A stretch of 64,000 bases of DNA, taken from positions 1 to 64,000 of the forward strand of contig JBFGJH010000011.1 in assembly GCA_041577335.1 (NCBI GenBank), in the 5' to 3' direction. Origin of the DNA: Acidimicrobiia bacterium (lineage in GTDB: Bacteria; Actinomycetota; Acidimicrobiia; Spongiisociales; JAENVV01). The translations under genes were made by a program, and so were the position numbers. The notes beneath the pieces were generated by a model. It did not search any database. It saw nothing but the letters and a program-made list of their open reading frames with translations, and was not told the DNA's origin. Position 1 is the stretch's first letter. The number at the start of each line of letters is the position of its first letter. Shown piece by piece: positions 37,538 to 48,107 of this stretch.

Positions 37538-39163
37538 CTACAGGTCGTGGACTGCGTCTTCGCCGAAGTACTCGTCCATTCTCCGATGGGCGTCTTCCCC
37601 GAAGAGGATCTGGCATGCCTCAAACAGGCCGTCGGAGGTTGCAACGGTGTCGTGGGGGACTACCAACGCAATCTTCGAGCGGCGCTTCAGGAAGTCCTCC
37701 AGGCGGGTCACCATCTCGGTGGTGGCGGCGAGGTGTAGCTCGACGCGGAGGTAATCGGCGTTCTCCATGATGTCATTGGCCATCGATGGGTCATCGCGGA
37801 TGGCTTCCAGCATGCTGAACGCGCGGAGCCCGTAGCGGCGCCACAGGCGCTCGGAGACCGGCTCGTCGTTGTGTTTTGATCGCAGCTCGGCCAGGCCCAT
37901 GAGCCGGGCCTGGCGGAGGAACTCATCTCGGGTCGACGCCGACGGCTCGCCGAACCAGTCACCGAGGTCTGGGTCGAGACTCACCCCGAGTCGCTCGACC
38001 TGGTCGGCAACCTCCTCGCCGACGTTGAGGCAATCGGTGAGTTTGCCTCCGAAGATCGTGATCACATGGGCACGAGGGTCCGTCTCGATGACGTGCTTTC
38101 GAGAAAGCGCAGTCCAATCCGAATCGGTGCGGTCGTCCCCGTGCGCGTCCACGACGAGCGGTCGAACGCCGACTCGTTCGGAAATGATGTCGGCAGTGGT
38201 GAGCGGAGCCTCGAGATCGAGGCGGGCATTGATCTGATCCAACAAGAACCGGCGGTCGGCGTCGGTGACTCCCTCTGTAGGGTCGGCGGTGCGGGTGTCG
38301 GTGGTGCCGATCACTGACCGGATCCCCATCGGGATCACGTAGAACAGCCGCTCGGTGTCGTCGAAGAATGCAAGCACCCGCGTCCCGGTCCCGAGCCTGG
38401 GCACGACGAGGTGGATGCCCTTGCTGAACACGAGCCGATGGTCGGTCGTGACGCCGTACGTCTCGTTGACGGCATCGGCGTGGGGCCCGGCTGCGTTGAT
38501 GAGGATGCGCGCGTGGGCGGTGAGCGTCTCGCCGGTCTCGCGGTCCAGCAGGGAGAGGTTCCATTTGCCCCCGGTGCGTTCGGCTGCCGCCAGCTCGACG
38601 TAATTCGCAACTGCAGCGCCGACATTCATGGCGGCCCTGGCGAAGCCGAACACGAAACGTGCATCATTGTCCTTGAGGTAGGCATCGGAGTACTCGATTC
38701 CACCCCGCAGGCTCGTGGTGTCGATGATCGGCTCGAGCTCTTTGATCTTTGCGGGCGTGCGGTGGGCGGGCGGCTTGGTAGCGAAGCTCCCGATCGCCCA
38801 ATATCCGGCTGTGCCGAGTGTTGCGAATGCCGGTGAATAGGGGGCCGTCTCGTCGAGCGATGCCAAGAACCGAATCTCTTTGATGTTGTCGGGATACGAC
38901 TTGATCAGCCGGTTGCGGGACACGCAGAGTTTGCGTACCAGCAGGAATTCGTAGTTCTCGAGGTACTTGAAGCCCCCCCAAACCAGGTTCGAGGAAGCCT
39001 GGCTGGTGAATCCGCCAAAGTCCCCGCGATCGATCATTGCAACCGAGGCGCCTCGTGCTGCCAGAGCGGCGGCGCTGACCGCCCCGTTGATGCCACCGCC
39101 CACGATGAATGTGTCGAAATCGGTCGAGGCGATCCGGCGGAGGTTGGTTGAGCGAAGTGTCAT
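37538..39163 (-). CDS. glpD: FAD-dependent glycerol-3-phosphate dehydrogenase/oxidase family
   Basis: VGGGING, TSQASSNLVWGGFKYL, SKGIHL, GTTD, GVRPL, FGGKLT. Confidence 0.88.
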   Translation of the reverse strand: MTLRSTNLRRIASTDFDTFIVGGGINGAVSAAALAARGASVAMIDRGDFGGFTSQASSNLVWGGFKYLENYEFLLVRKLCVSRNRLIKSYPDNIKEIRFLASLDETAPYSPAFATLGTAGYWAIGSFATKPPAHRTPAKIKELEPIIDTTSLRGGIEYSDAYLKDNDARFVFGFARAAMNVGAAVANYVELAAAERTGGKWNLSLLDRETGETLTAHARILINAAGPHADAVNETYGVTTDHRLVFSKGIHLVVPRLGTGTRVLAFFDDTERLFYVIPMGIRSVIGTTDTRTADPTEGVTDADRRFLLDQINARLDLEAPLTTADIISERVGVRPLVVDAHGDDRTDSDWTALSRKHVIETDPRAHVITIFGGKLTDCLNVGEEVADQVERLGVSLDPDLGDWFGEPSASTRDEFLRQARLMGLAELRSKHNDEPVSERLWRRYGLRAFSMLEAIRDDPSMANDIMENADYLRVELHLAATTEMVTRLEDFLKRRSKIALVVPHDTVATSDGLFEACQILFGEDAHRRMDEYFGEDAVHDL

Positions 39164-39252
39164 GAGGCTCTTACGTTACCGGGCCTGGCACATAGGTCGT
39201 TCGCCGGTCCCAATCCCGATAGCATGAGCGTCATGACAGAACGGCCCTCATT

Positions 39253-40371
39253 GTGAACATCGGGATCCTCACGGCCGGCGGGGATTCGCCCGGGCTGAAC
39301 GCAGCGATTCGCGCCATCGGCAAGTCGGCGATTCGCAGCCACGGAATGCAGGTCGTGGGTTTCCGTGACGGCTTCCGGGGGTTGATGCAGAACCGATTGG
39401 TCCGCCTCGACGACGCCGGCCTTTCTGGCATCCTCACGATGGGCGGCACGATTCTCGGCACGAGCCGGGACAAGCCGCATCGGATGGACGTGGGGGGTCA
39501 GCGACTCGACATGACCGGGATGATGCTCGACAACTGTCGCCAGCATGGCGTCGACGTGCTCGTATGCCTCGGTGGGGGAGGCACCCAGAAGAACGCTCTC
39601 CGGCTTCACCAAAAGGGCCTCAAAGTCGTCACGCTTCCCAAGACCATCGACAATGACGTGTGGGGCACTGACGCCACCTTTGGCTTCGACACGGCGCTGA
39701 GCATCGCTACCGAGGCGATCGATCGACTTCACTCGACTGCGCATTCGCATCACCGAATCATGGTTGTCGAGATCATGGGCCACAACGCCGGGTGGTTGGC
39801 CCTGGGGGCGGGCCTGGCCGGAGGGGCCGACGTGGTCTTGATCCCCGAAATACCCTACGACGTGCAGGCGGTGGCCGATTCGATCGCCGAACGAAGGGCG
39901 CGCGGCAGCACCTTTTCCATCGTGGCGATTTCCGAAGGTGCCCGCAGTCGAGAGGCGACGAACAGCCTGCTCACTGCCAAAAGTGCCATCGGTGATGCCC
40001 TCGGAGATGAGCGACAAGCCGCCAAGGACGAGTACCGGAGTCTGCACGACTCGTATCGGGAGAACACCTCGCGTCTGGCCCGGGAATTGGAGGCCATCAC
40101 CGGGCTCGAGGCGCGGGTCACGATTCTCGGTCACGTCCAGCGGGGCGGAACCCCTTCTGCGGTCGATCGGCTTCTCGCCACGAGACTCGGAGCGGATGCC
40201 GTGGAGTTCATCGCCCAGGGCCAAACCGGGATCATGGTTGGAACGCGCGGCGATGAGACGGTTGCGGAGCCGCTCGAAGAGGTGGCGGGGCAAAGACGCG
40301 GCGTTCCGCTCGATCACCGTTGGATCAGGGCGGCACGTTCTCTCGGTGTCTCTTTTGGCGTCGAGTCCTGA
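39253..40371 (+). CDS. pfkA: 6-phosphofructokinase (group III, probably ATP-dependent)
   Basis: [45 protein letters not shown]. Confidence 0.93.
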   Translation: MNIGILTAGGDSPGLNAAIRAIGKSAIRSHGMQVVGFRDGFRGLMQNRLVRLDDAGLSGILTMGGTILGTSRDKPHRMDVGGQRLDMTGMMLDNCRQHGVDVLVCLGGGGTQKNALRLHQKGLKVVTLPKTIDNDVWGTDATFGFDTALSIATEAIDRLHSTAHSHHRIMVVEIMGHNAGWLALGAGLAGGADVVLIPEIPYDVQAVADSIAERRARGSTFSIVAISEGARSREATNSLLTAKSAIGDALGDERQAAKDEYRSLHDSYRENTSRLARELEAITGLEARVTILGHVQRGGTPSAVDRLLATRLGADAVEFIAQGQTGIMVGTRGDETVAEPLEEVAGQRRGVPLDHRWIRAARSLGVSFGVES

Positions 40372-40386
40372 TCGCTGCCCGCGACG

Positions 40387-41127
40387 GTGACCCTCGGATC
40401 TGGGCTGCTGCTGTTCGCTGCCGGGACTGTGGCCGGGTTCATCAATGCCGTGGCTGGGGGCGGATCGGCCGTCACCATTCCGATTCTCGTCGAAATGGTC
40501 GGCGGGAGTGTCGCCAACGGGACCAACCGGGTAGCGATCCTGATCGCCAATGGAGTGGCCTCGGCTTCGTACGCCAAGGGAGGCGCGGTCCTGTGGCGAC
40601 GCGTGTGGCCGCTGATTCCGCCGGCCGTCGTTGGAGCCGCCTCAGGAGCCGTCATCGCCAGCCGACTCGATGCCGATGCCATGCGTCGCGTGTTCGGCAT
40701 CGTCCTCATCCTGGTCGCCGCATCCGTGGCGCTGCGGCCCGCCCGCTGGGTGGAAGGTCGCCAGACGTCACTGACCGAACCGTGGCGGAGCCTGGTATTC
40801 CTCGGGATCGGCTTCTACGGCGGGTTCGTCCAGGCGGGAGTCGGGTTCCTGCTGCTGATCGGATTGGTGCTGGGAAGCGGTTTCGACCTGGTGAAAGGCA
40901 ACGGGGCCAAAGTCGTCCTCATCGCGTCGTACACCATCGTGGCGCTGCCGATTTTTCTGTCTGCCGGACAGGTTGATTTGGGCCTCGGCCTCTTCTTGGC
41001 AGCTGGAAACTCGACCGGTGCCCTCGTGGCGACTCGCCTCGCGCTGCGAGAAGGAGCAATCGCCTGGATGCGGTGGGTGCTGGTCGTGGCTGCCGTGGCA
41101 GCTGCCCTCCGAATGATTGCGCTGTGA
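40387..41127 (+). CDS. TauE/SafE family sulfite exporter-like membrane protein
   Basis: GFINAVAGGG, ANGTN, GFYGGFVQAGVG. Confidence 0.9.
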   Translation: MTLGSGLLLFAAGTVAGFINAVAGGGSAVTIPILVEMVGGSVANGTNRVAILIANGVASASYAKGGAVLWRRVWPLIPPAVVGAASGAVIASRLDADAMRRVFGIVLILVAASVALRPARWVEGRQTSLTEPWRSLVFLGIGFYGGFVQAGVGFLLLIGLVLGSGFDLVKGNGAKVVLIASYTIVALPIFLSAGQVDLGLGLFLAAGNSTGALVATRLALREGAIAWMRWVLVVAAVAAALRMIAL

Positions 41128-41162
41128 GATCGATCCGCTCGCCCTCCTGGACGCGACCCTGG

Positions 41163-42509
41163 TCAATCGCCCGAGCGAGCAGCTTCGTAGGCGGCCAGAG
41201 TCCGAATCCGCGCTTCGGCATGATCGACGATGGGATACGGATAGGTGTCGCCGAGCGTGACCCCCGCGGCAGCCAGGTCGAGGCCGGGGGCCTCCCAAGG
41301 AGTGTGGATGATCGGGGCGGGGAGCTCGGTCAACTCGGGCACGTATCTCCGTATGTAGTCCCCGTTTGGGTCGAACTTCGCCGACTGGGTCATTGGATTG
41401 AAAACCCGAAAGTACGGTGCGGCGTCGGCGCCCGTGCCTGCCACCCATTGCCAATTGCCGACGTTTTGGGACGGATCGGCGTCGAGGAGCAGCCTGCGGA
41501 AATGCCGCTCACCCATTCGCCAATCGATCAGGAGGTCTTTGACGAGGAACGATGCCGTGATCATCCGCACCCGGTTGTGCATCCAACCTTCGGTGGCAAG
41601 CTGGCGCATGCCCGCGTCGACGATGGGAAAACCCGTCCGGCCCGCCTTCCACGCCTGGTAGCCATCACGGTCGTCGCGCCATGCGACGCGGTCGTACTCC
41701 GGCCGCAGCGCACGATCGACCGTGTGCGGGAATGCTCTGATGAGCTGGGCGTAGAACTCGCGCCAGGCGATCTGACGCACGAATGCCTCTCGGCCAGGGG
41801 TGTCAGTTCCAATTTCGTCGATGATGCGCCGCGGGGAGATGGTGCCGAATTTCAGATCGGCCGAGAGGCGGGACGTCGCGTCGAGGTCGGGCCGGTTGCG
41901 GAGCTCCGGGTAGTCGTCCACCGAGTCCAGATAGTCCTGTAGTCGGTCGCGGGCGGCTCGCTCGCCTCCGTCCATCAATGCCGGCGGAGCATCCGGGATC
42001 CCGTCACCGATGAGCGATGCGATCGGTCCGGCAGGCTTCGCCGCCGGCCAAGCGGGCCATGGCGTTGACTGCCACCTTCGGTGGAAGGCACTGAAGACCT
42101 GATATGGCTTCCCTTCCGCGGTGGTGACGTCGCCGGGTGGGATCACATAGGAGCCATCCTGCCAAGCCACCGCAACGTCGGCGGCTTGCACGGCTGTGTC
42201 ACGGTCAACCGCATACGGGCTGTAATCGCGGTTGGCATATACGGCGCCGTGTTCCCCGGCGATCGCTGTGAGAACCTCGGCCGGACGCCCATGGATCACC
42301 TGAAGCCGTCCACCAAGGCTTTGGATCTCTTCGTCGAGCGCTTTCAAATGAGCGACCAGCTGTGGTCCGCGATGTGGGCCGGCGGCCCCGAAGAGGGCGG
42401 GATCGAGGACGAAGAGCGGGTAGAGCTCCTCGCCGGCTGCCGTCGCGGCATTCCAGGCAGGATTGTCGGCGATCCGGAGATCTCGCCGAAACCATACAAC
42501 AGAGCCCAT
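41163..42509 (-). CDS. phrB: Deoxyribodipyrimidine photolyase (class I CPD)
   Basis: [59 protein letters not shown]. Confidence 0.95.
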   Translation of the reverse strand: MGSVVWFRRDLRIADNPAWNAATAAGEELYPLFVLDPALFGAAGPHRGPQLVAHLKALDEEIQSLGGRLQVIHGRPAEVLTAIAGEHGAVYANRDYSPYAVDRDTAVQAADVAVAWQDGSYVIPPGDVTTAEGKPYQVFSAFHRRWQSTPWPAWPAAKPAGPIASLIGDGIPDAPPALMDGGERAARDRLQDYLDSVDDYPELRNRPDLDATSRLSADLKFGTISPRRIIDEIGTDTPGREAFVRQIAWREFYAQLIRAFPHTVDRALRPEYDRVAWRDDRDGYQAWKAGRTGFPIVDAGMRQLATEGWMHNRVRMITASFLVKDLLIDWRMGERHFRRLLLDADPSQNVGNWQWVAGTGADAAPYFRVFNPMTQSAKFDPNGDYIRRYVPELTELPAPIIHTPWEAPGLDLAAAGVTLGDTYPYPIVDHAEARIRTLAAYEAARSGD

Positions 42510-42575
42510 AGCGAGATCGTAACTGGTCTCGTGCGGGGGTCGGTAACCTGGCGTCGTCGTTGAGAAGGAGCACAC

Positions 42576-43598
42576 TTGCAGCTGGGCGTGAACACTGGAT
42601 ATTGGTCGTCGGGGCCGCCCGTCGGAGTTCCCGAAACGCTGGCGGTGGCCGAGGAGCTCGGACTCGATTCGGCGTGGGCATCGGAGGCCTACGGTTCTGA
42701 CGCGTTCACCCCTCTGGCATGGTGGGGGAGCGGCACAACGTCAATCCGGCTCGGAACTGCGATCGCCCAGATGGCGGCGCGCACACCCGCCGCAACCGCC
42801 ATGGCAGCGATCTCCATGGATCATCTCAGCAATGGCCGGTTCATCCTGGGGCTCGGCGTGTCCGGCCCTCAGGTGGTGGAAGGGTGGTACGGCCAACCCT
42901 ATGCGCGCCCTCTGGCACGAACTCGCGAGTACATCAGCGTCATCCGTCAGATCCTCGCCCGCGAAGGCCCCGTCGAATTCGACGGGGCCTTTTACGAGTT
43001 GCCGCTCCGTGAGGGCACCGGTCTCGGCAAGCCGCTGCGATCGACGGTTCACCCATTGCGGGCCGACCTTCCGATCATGCTCGCTGCCGAGGGACCCAAG
43101 AATGTGGCGTTGGCTGCGGAGATCGCCGACGGGTGGCTGCCGTTTTGGTTCTCTCCCAAAAGCGATGCGTTCTATCGCGCGGCGCTCGCCGAAGGGTTTT
43201 CACGCACCGATGCCCGGCACACGCTCGACACATTTGAGGTCCCATGCATGGTGCCCGTCGTGCCCAACCCGGATGTCTCCCAAGCTGCCGATATGATCCG
43301 CCCGATGCTGGCGCTGTATGTCGGCGGCATGGGCGCCAAAGGCGCCAACTTCCACTACGAGGTGTTTGCGCGTATGGGTTGGGAAGAGGTGTGCGAACGG
43401 GTCCAGCGGCACTACCTCGCCGGGCACAAGGCCGAGGCGATCTCGGCGATCCCGCTGGAAATGGTCGAAGACGTGGCGTTGGTAGGCCCGCCGGCCAAGA
43501 TCAAGGACGAGTTGGAGCACTGGAAGAGCACCGTGATCACCACGATGCTCGTCGCCGGGCCGCCCGAACTCTTACGCATGCTGGCCGAGTGGGTGTGA
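42576..43598 (+). CDS. LLM-class F420-dependent oxidoreductase
   Basis: [50 protein letters not shown]. Confidence 0.92.
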   Translation: MQLGVNTGYWSSGPPVGVPETLAVAEELGLDSAWASEAYGSDAFTPLAWWGSGTTSIRLGTAIAQMAARTPAATAMAAISMDHLSNGRFILGLGVSGPQVVEGWYGQPYARPLARTREYISVIRQILAREGPVEFDGAFYELPLREGTGLGKPLRSTVHPLRADLPIMLAAEGPKNVALAAEIADGWLPFWFSPKSDAFYRAALAEGFSRTDARHTLDTFEVPCMVPVVPNPDVSQAADMIRPMLALYVGGMGAKGANFHYEVFARMGWEEVCERVQRHYLAGHKAEAISAIPLEMVEDVALVGPPAKIKDELEHWKSTVITTMLVAGPPELLRMLAEWV

Positions 43599-43661
43599 TT
43601 CCTCAGGAAAAAACCCAAGGCAAAGTTGGGCAGGCGTGCATCGGTCACGTATATTGGCCTC

Positions 43662-44036
43662 GTGATTGAATTCAGCGTGCAACTAGCAAACCGTCCGGGC
43701 CAGCTCGCACTGCTGGCCCGTCGACTTGGTGAGGCCCATGTGAACATCGAATCGCTGGCAGCCATCACCACCGGCCCTGACGGGCTGGTCAAAATGGTGG
43801 TCGACCACGACGACGAAGCTCGCCAGGTCCTTCGAGACTCAGATGTGGCCTTTTCCGAGCACAGAGTGATCAGCGCAACACTCCAGGACAAGCCCGGCGC
43901 GCTCGCAGAGCTCACCGAAGCGCTCGCCAACACCGGTGTCAACATCGAGGCGATCTACCTGCTCAACTCGGAGGAGGGCTCGCTGCGGTTCGCACTGGCC
44001 GTGGATGACCACCAGGAGGCTCAAGCTCATCTCTGA
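43662..44036 (+). CDS. Tandem ACT domain protein
   Basis: Two repeats: NRPGQLA..LGEAHVNIE and DKPGALA..LANTGVNIE. Confidence 0.88.
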   Translation: MIEFSVQLANRPGQLALLARRLGEAHVNIESLAAITTGPDGLVKMVVDHDDEARQVLRDSDVAFSEHRVISATLQDKPGALAELTEALANTGVNIEAIYLLNSEEGSLRFALAVDDHQEAQAHL

Positions 44037-44065
44037 CCGGGCTTGACTCGCGTCGGGTCGAAACG

Positions 44066-44373
44066 TCAGTAGAGGGTGGCGAGCTGCTGGAGTGACTTCT
44101 TCAGTGCCGGCTGCTTCACCGGGTACAGCACCAGCCAATACAGCGCCTGCCGGCCGGGTGACAGGTGGACGGGCGTGACCGTCCGCGTAACCCGACATCC
44201 ATCGTTGGTCGCCGTCACATCAAAACGGTGACGGAGGGTGCCGGACACGTCCTCTGCTCTGAAGTCGAAATGCTCGGGCGGCTGTTTCGTGATGACTGTC
44301 AGCGCAGCATCGAACGTCCGACCTCTGGCGAGGGAGGCGCGGCGATCGTCACCGAGGCGGTCATCGACTTCAT
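44066..44373 (-). pseudogene. SRPBCC/polyketide-cyclase family pseudogene (internal deletion plus frameshift)
   Basis: ATG 44373 (TGATG overlap) gives MKSMTASVTIAAPP and then stops; the SRPBCC-like C-half (FDFRA...HRFDV...GCRVT...LKKSLQQL) is in another frame. Confidence 0.65.
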
Positions 44374-44984
44374 CAAGCCTGCTCAACGTGCTGACGGACC
44401 CAGGTGTGCATGGCAATCCCCGAAGCGACACCGACATTGATCGATCGGGTAGAGCCGAATTGGGTGATCGAGCACACAAACGAGCACGCCTCAACAGCTT
44501 CTGGAGACAGGCCGGGGCCTTCCTGGCCGAACAGAAGGACGCAGCGCTCCGGCAGATCGGAGGACTCGATCGGTTGCGCTTCGGGAATCACATCGATGCC
44601 GACGACAACGAGGTCGTGGGCGGCTGCCCACCCGGAGAACTCGGCAACCGTCGGATGGTGCTCAATGTGCTGGTATCGGTCCGTCACCATCGCTCCGCGC
44701 CGGTTCCACTTCTTCTTTCCGACAATGTGGATGCCGCCGGCAAGGAAGGCGTTGGCATTCCGGGCAATGGTGCCGATGTTGAAGTCGTGTTGCCAGTTCT
44801 CTATCGCAACGTGAAAGGGATGCCGGCGCTGGTCGAGATCCGCAACGATTGCCTCGCGCGACCAGTAGCGGTAATCGTCAACGACGTTCCGGCGATCACC
44901 GTCTCGCAGCAGATCGGGATCGAAGCGAGGGTCGTCAGGCCACGGTTCGGGGTGAGGTCCAACGCCGACCGGGCGCTGAGGCAT
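44373..44984 (-). CDS. TrmH/SpoU family RNA methyltransferase
   Basis: HDFNIGTIARNANAF, LLFGQEGPGL, RSINVGVASGI SPOUT motifs. Confidence 0.93.
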   Translation of the reverse strand: MPQRPVGVGPHPEPWPDDPRFDPDLLRDGDRRNVVDDYRYWSREAIVADLDQRRHPFHVAIENWQHDFNIGTIARNANAFLAGGIHIVGKKKWNRRGAMVTDRYQHIEHHPTVAEFSGWAAAHDLVVVGIDVIPEAQPIESSDLPERCVLLFGQEGPGLSPEAVEACSFVCSITQFGSTRSINVGVASGIAMHTWVRQHVEQA

Positions 44985-44990
44985 TTCTCG

Positions 44991-45704
44991 TCACACCTTC
45001 AACGACGCTTCGAGTGCGATCTCGATCATGTCATTGAAGGTCGATTGACGCTCTTCCGCCGTCGTTTGGGCGCCGGTCTTGATGTGATCGCTCACGGTCA
45101 TGATCCCAAGCGCAGCAGCGTTGTATTCGGCGGCGACTCCATAGAGACCGGCTGCCTCCATCTCGACCGCCAATACGTTCATTCGATCGCACGCCTCGAA
45201 CACCTCGCTTGCCACGGGGTTGTAGAAGAGATCCGCCGAGAAGACGTTGCCAACCCGTACCGAGATGTCACGCTGTTCTGCGGCGTCAACCGCCGCTCGC
45301 AACAATCCGTAGTCGGCAATGGCGGCATAGTCCAGGCCAATGAACCTGGCCCGGTTGACGCCCGAGTCGGTGCATGCTCCCATGGCGACGATGACATCGC
45401 GGATTGCCACGTCCTCGGCAATCCCACCACAACTCCCAACCCGTATCAGTTTTGCGACCCCGTATTCGGTGATCAGTTCCTTGGCATAGATCGAGGCGGA
45501 GGGGATCCCCATCCCGCTTCCCATGACCGAGACTCGTCTGCCTTGATAGGAGCCTGTGAAGCCGAGCATGTTGCGGACGTTGGTGACCTCGGCCACCTCG
45601 GTGAGGAACGTATCTGCGATGTGCTTGGCTCGTAGTGGATCGCCCGGCATGAGCACCGTGTCGGCGAAAGCTTTGTCGTCTGCGTTGATATGAGGTGTTG
45701 GCAC
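44991..45704 (-). CDS. deoD: Purine nucleoside phosphorylase (DeoD type)
   Basis: [42 protein letters not shown]. Confidence 0.97.
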   Translation of the reverse strand: MPTPHINADDKAFADTVLMPGDPLRAKHIADTFLTEVAEVTNVRNMLGFTGSYQGRRVSVMGSGMGIPSASIYAKELITEYGVAKLIRVGSCGGIAEDVAIRDVIVAMGACTDSGVNRARFIGLDYAAIADYGLLRAAVDAAEQRDISVRVGNVFSADLFYNPVASEVFEACDRMNVLAVEMEAAGLYGVAAEYNAAALGIMTVSDHIKTGAQTTAEERQSTFNDMIEIALEASLKV

Positions 45705-45760
45705 CGAGTCTCCCCTGCGTAACTGTTCGAAAGGCAGCCTACTTGATCAGACATGACCCC

Positions 45761-45791
45761 TTGACCCTCACGTTACGGGAGGGTCTAGGAT
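45761..45791 (+). promoter_or_regulatory. MerR-type promoter with 19-bp spacer and dyad operator
   Basis: TTGACC-N19-TAGGAT; GACCCTC-ACGTTACGG-GAGGGTC inverted repeat. Confidence 0.88.
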
Positions 45792-45799
45792 CCAACCGT

Positions 45800-46558
45800 A
45801 TGAAGTACCGAGTCAGCGAAGTGAGCCGGATGTCGGGAGCAACGGTCAGGACCTTGCACCACTACGACGAATTGGGCCTCGTCTCGCCTTCAATGAGATC
45901 CGACAACGGATACCGCCTCTACGACGACGGCGATCTCGCGCAGCTCCAGACGGTTTTGTTCTACCGGGAATTGGGGTTCGGGCTCAGCGAAATCGCCGAG
46001 CTCGTGACCCTGCCGGAGTTCTCACGACGCGAAGCTCTCCGGGAGCAGCATGCGCTGCTCAGCGAGAAGCGAGAGCGTGTTGGGCGCATGCTGAAAGCGG
46101 TTGAAGCGGCTCTCATCGCCGACCAACAAGGAGTGACCATGAGCAAGGAAGATCTGATGTCTCCGTTTGGAGACTTCGACCCCAAGGATCATGAGGAGGA
46201 AGCCAGGCAGCGGTGGGGCGATACCGACGCTTACCAGGAATCGATGCGGCGGGCGTCCGGCTACACGCCATCCGACTGGGAAGGGATTCAGGCTGAGGCG
46301 GAAGGAATCGCCGCCGCGTTCGCCCGTACCAAGAGAATGGGTACGAGCGCCGAGGATGAAGCAGCCATGGACATTGCCGAACGCCATCGACGTCATATCG
46401 ACGAACGGTTCTACCCGTGTAGCCCCGAGATGCATGACAACCTCGGTGGGATGTACGTCGCCGACCACCGGTTCACGGAGTATTGGGACAAGCGAGAAGC
46501 GGGGCTGGCCGAGTACGTCCGAGACGCCATCGCGGCCAACACCGTTCGCCAGTCCTGA
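45800..46558 (+). CDS. tipA: MerR-family regulator with TipAS antibiotic-recognition domain
   Basis: VRTLHHYDELGL..P...NGYRLY; EARQRWGDTDAY, FYPCSPEMH, MYVADHRF. Confidence 0.9.
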   Translation: MKYRVSEVSRMSGATVRTLHHYDELGLVSPSMRSDNGYRLYDDGDLAQLQTVLFYRELGFGLSEIAELVTLPEFSRREALREQHALLSEKRERVGRMLKAVEAALIADQQGVTMSKEDLMSPFGDFDPKDHEEEARQRWGDTDAYQESMRRASGYTPSDWEGIQAEAEGIAAAFARTKRMGTSAEDEAAMDIAERHRRHIDERFYPCSPEMHDNLGGMYVADHRFTEYWDKREAGLAEYVRDAIAANTVRQS

Positions 46559-48064
46559 TCAGCCGAAGTCGATCCCTTGCGCGAGCGGTAGGTCATCTCC
46601 CCAGTTGAGGGTGACGGTCTGGCGACGCATGTAGGCCTTCCACGCGTCGGATCCCGATTCCCGGCCGCCGCCGGTGTCCTTTTCGCCTCCGAAGGCTCCG
46701 CCGATTTCGGCACCCGACGTTCCCGCGTTCACATTGGCGATCCCACAATCGCTCCCGGATGCCGACAGGAAACGTTCGGCCGCTTTCAGGGAGTCGGTGA
46801 AGATGGCGGAAGAAAGTCCCTGTGGGACTGCGTTGTGCGCCGACATCGCATCGTCGAGGGATGCGAATGAGCTCACGTAGAGAATGGGAGCGAACGTCTC
46901 CGTGTGCGTGATGGGGGCGGTCGGCTCGATCCAAACAATGGCGGGCTGCACGAAGTATCCCGGACTTTCCATGGGTTCGCCCCCGGCAATGATGTGGCCC
47001 CCCTGGTCAACGGCGTTTGCCAGAGCACGCTGCATGTTCTCCATTGCCTGATTGGAGATGAGCGGGCCAACGAGGTTGTCCGGATGGCTGGGGTCGCCGA
47101 TGGGGAGGGTCTCATATGCCACTTTGAGGCGGCCAACGACTTCTTCGGCGATCGAGTCGTGGACGAACAATCGCCGCAAGGTCGTGCACCGCTGACCGGC
47201 GGTGCCCACGGCGCCGAACACCACCGCGCGCGTCACCAGATCGACATCGGCGTCTTCCATGACGATGGCGCCGTTGTTGCCTCCCAGCTCGAGGAGTGAT
47301 CGGCCCAAGCGGTCGGAAACGCGCCGCGACACGTCCCTGCCCATCTCGGTCGACCCCGTCGCCGAAATCAATGGAATACGGCGGTCGTCGACCATCGCCC
47401 TGCCGACCGGATCGGAAACGAGCGAAAAGATCGATTCGAAGCCGCTGCCATCCATCACCTCGGCGCACAGGCGAGTGATCGCCACCGAGGTGAGCGGGGC
47501 GTGCGAAGACGGTTTCCAGATCACCGCGTCCCCGCAAACAGCCGCTACGAATGCGTTCCAGCTCCACACGGCAACCGGGAAATTGAAGGCCGTTATCACG
47601 CCAACCGGCCCGAGGGGGTGCCATTGCTCGAAGAGCCGATGATGGGGTCGTTCGGACGCCATGGTCAGACCGTAGAGCTGGCGGGACAATCCGACCGCAA
47701 ATTCGGCCATGTCGATGGCCTCCTGCACTTCGCCTTCTCCCTCGGCGGTGATCTTCCCAACTTCTGCGGTGACGAGACTGCCGAGCTCGGACTTGTTGTC
47801 TCGGAGCGCTTCTCCGATCTGACGGACGTACTCGCCGCGCTGGGGAGCAGGAATCATGCGCCACCGTTCAAAAGCTTCCTGAGCCTTCGTGACGACGAGG
47901 TCGTATTCGTCTTCGGTGGTCGCCGAGATCGATCCAAGCGGTTCCCCGGTCGTCGGATTGATGGATTCGATTTGCTGTGCATCGAGCGACTCGATCCACT
48001 CGCCGGCGAATGTTCCGGCGTGGTGGCGATCGACCCCGAGGCGGGCCATGGTGTCTGCATGCAT
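46559..48064 (-). CDS. Aldehyde dehydrogenase, ALDH7/piperideine-6-carboxylate dehydrogenase type
   Basis: SRQLYGLTMASER, ITAFNFPVAVW, LELGGNN, GQRCT, SGAEIGGAFGGEK, LPLAQGI. Confidence 0.93.
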   Translation of the reverse strand: MHADTMARLGVDRHHAGTFAGEWIESLDAQQIESINPTTGEPLGSISATTEDEYDLVVTKAQEAFERWRMIPAPQRGEYVRQIGEALRDNKSELGSLVTAEVGKITAEGEGEVQEAIDMAEFAVGLSRQLYGLTMASERPHHRLFEQWHPLGPVGVITAFNFPVAVWSWNAFVAAVCGDAVIWKPSSHAPLTSVAITRLCAEVMDGSGFESIFSLVSDPVGRAMVDDRRIPLISATGSTEMGRDVSRRVSDRLGRSLLELGGNNGAIVMEDADVDLVTRAVVFGAVGTAGQRCTTLRRLFVHDSIAEEVVGRLKVAYETLPIGDPSHPDNLVGPLISNQAMENMQRALANAVDQGGHIIAGGEPMESPGYFVQPAIVWIEPTAPITHTETFAPILYVSSFASLDDAMSAHNAVPQGLSSAIFTDSLKAAERFLSASGSDCGIANVNAGTSGAEIGGAFGGEKDTGGGRESGSDAWKAYMRRQTVTLNWGDDLPLAQGIDFG

Positions 48065-48107
48065 GAGATGAGTCTAAGACTCCGTCCTTGCCGTAGCATC
48101 GATAGCT

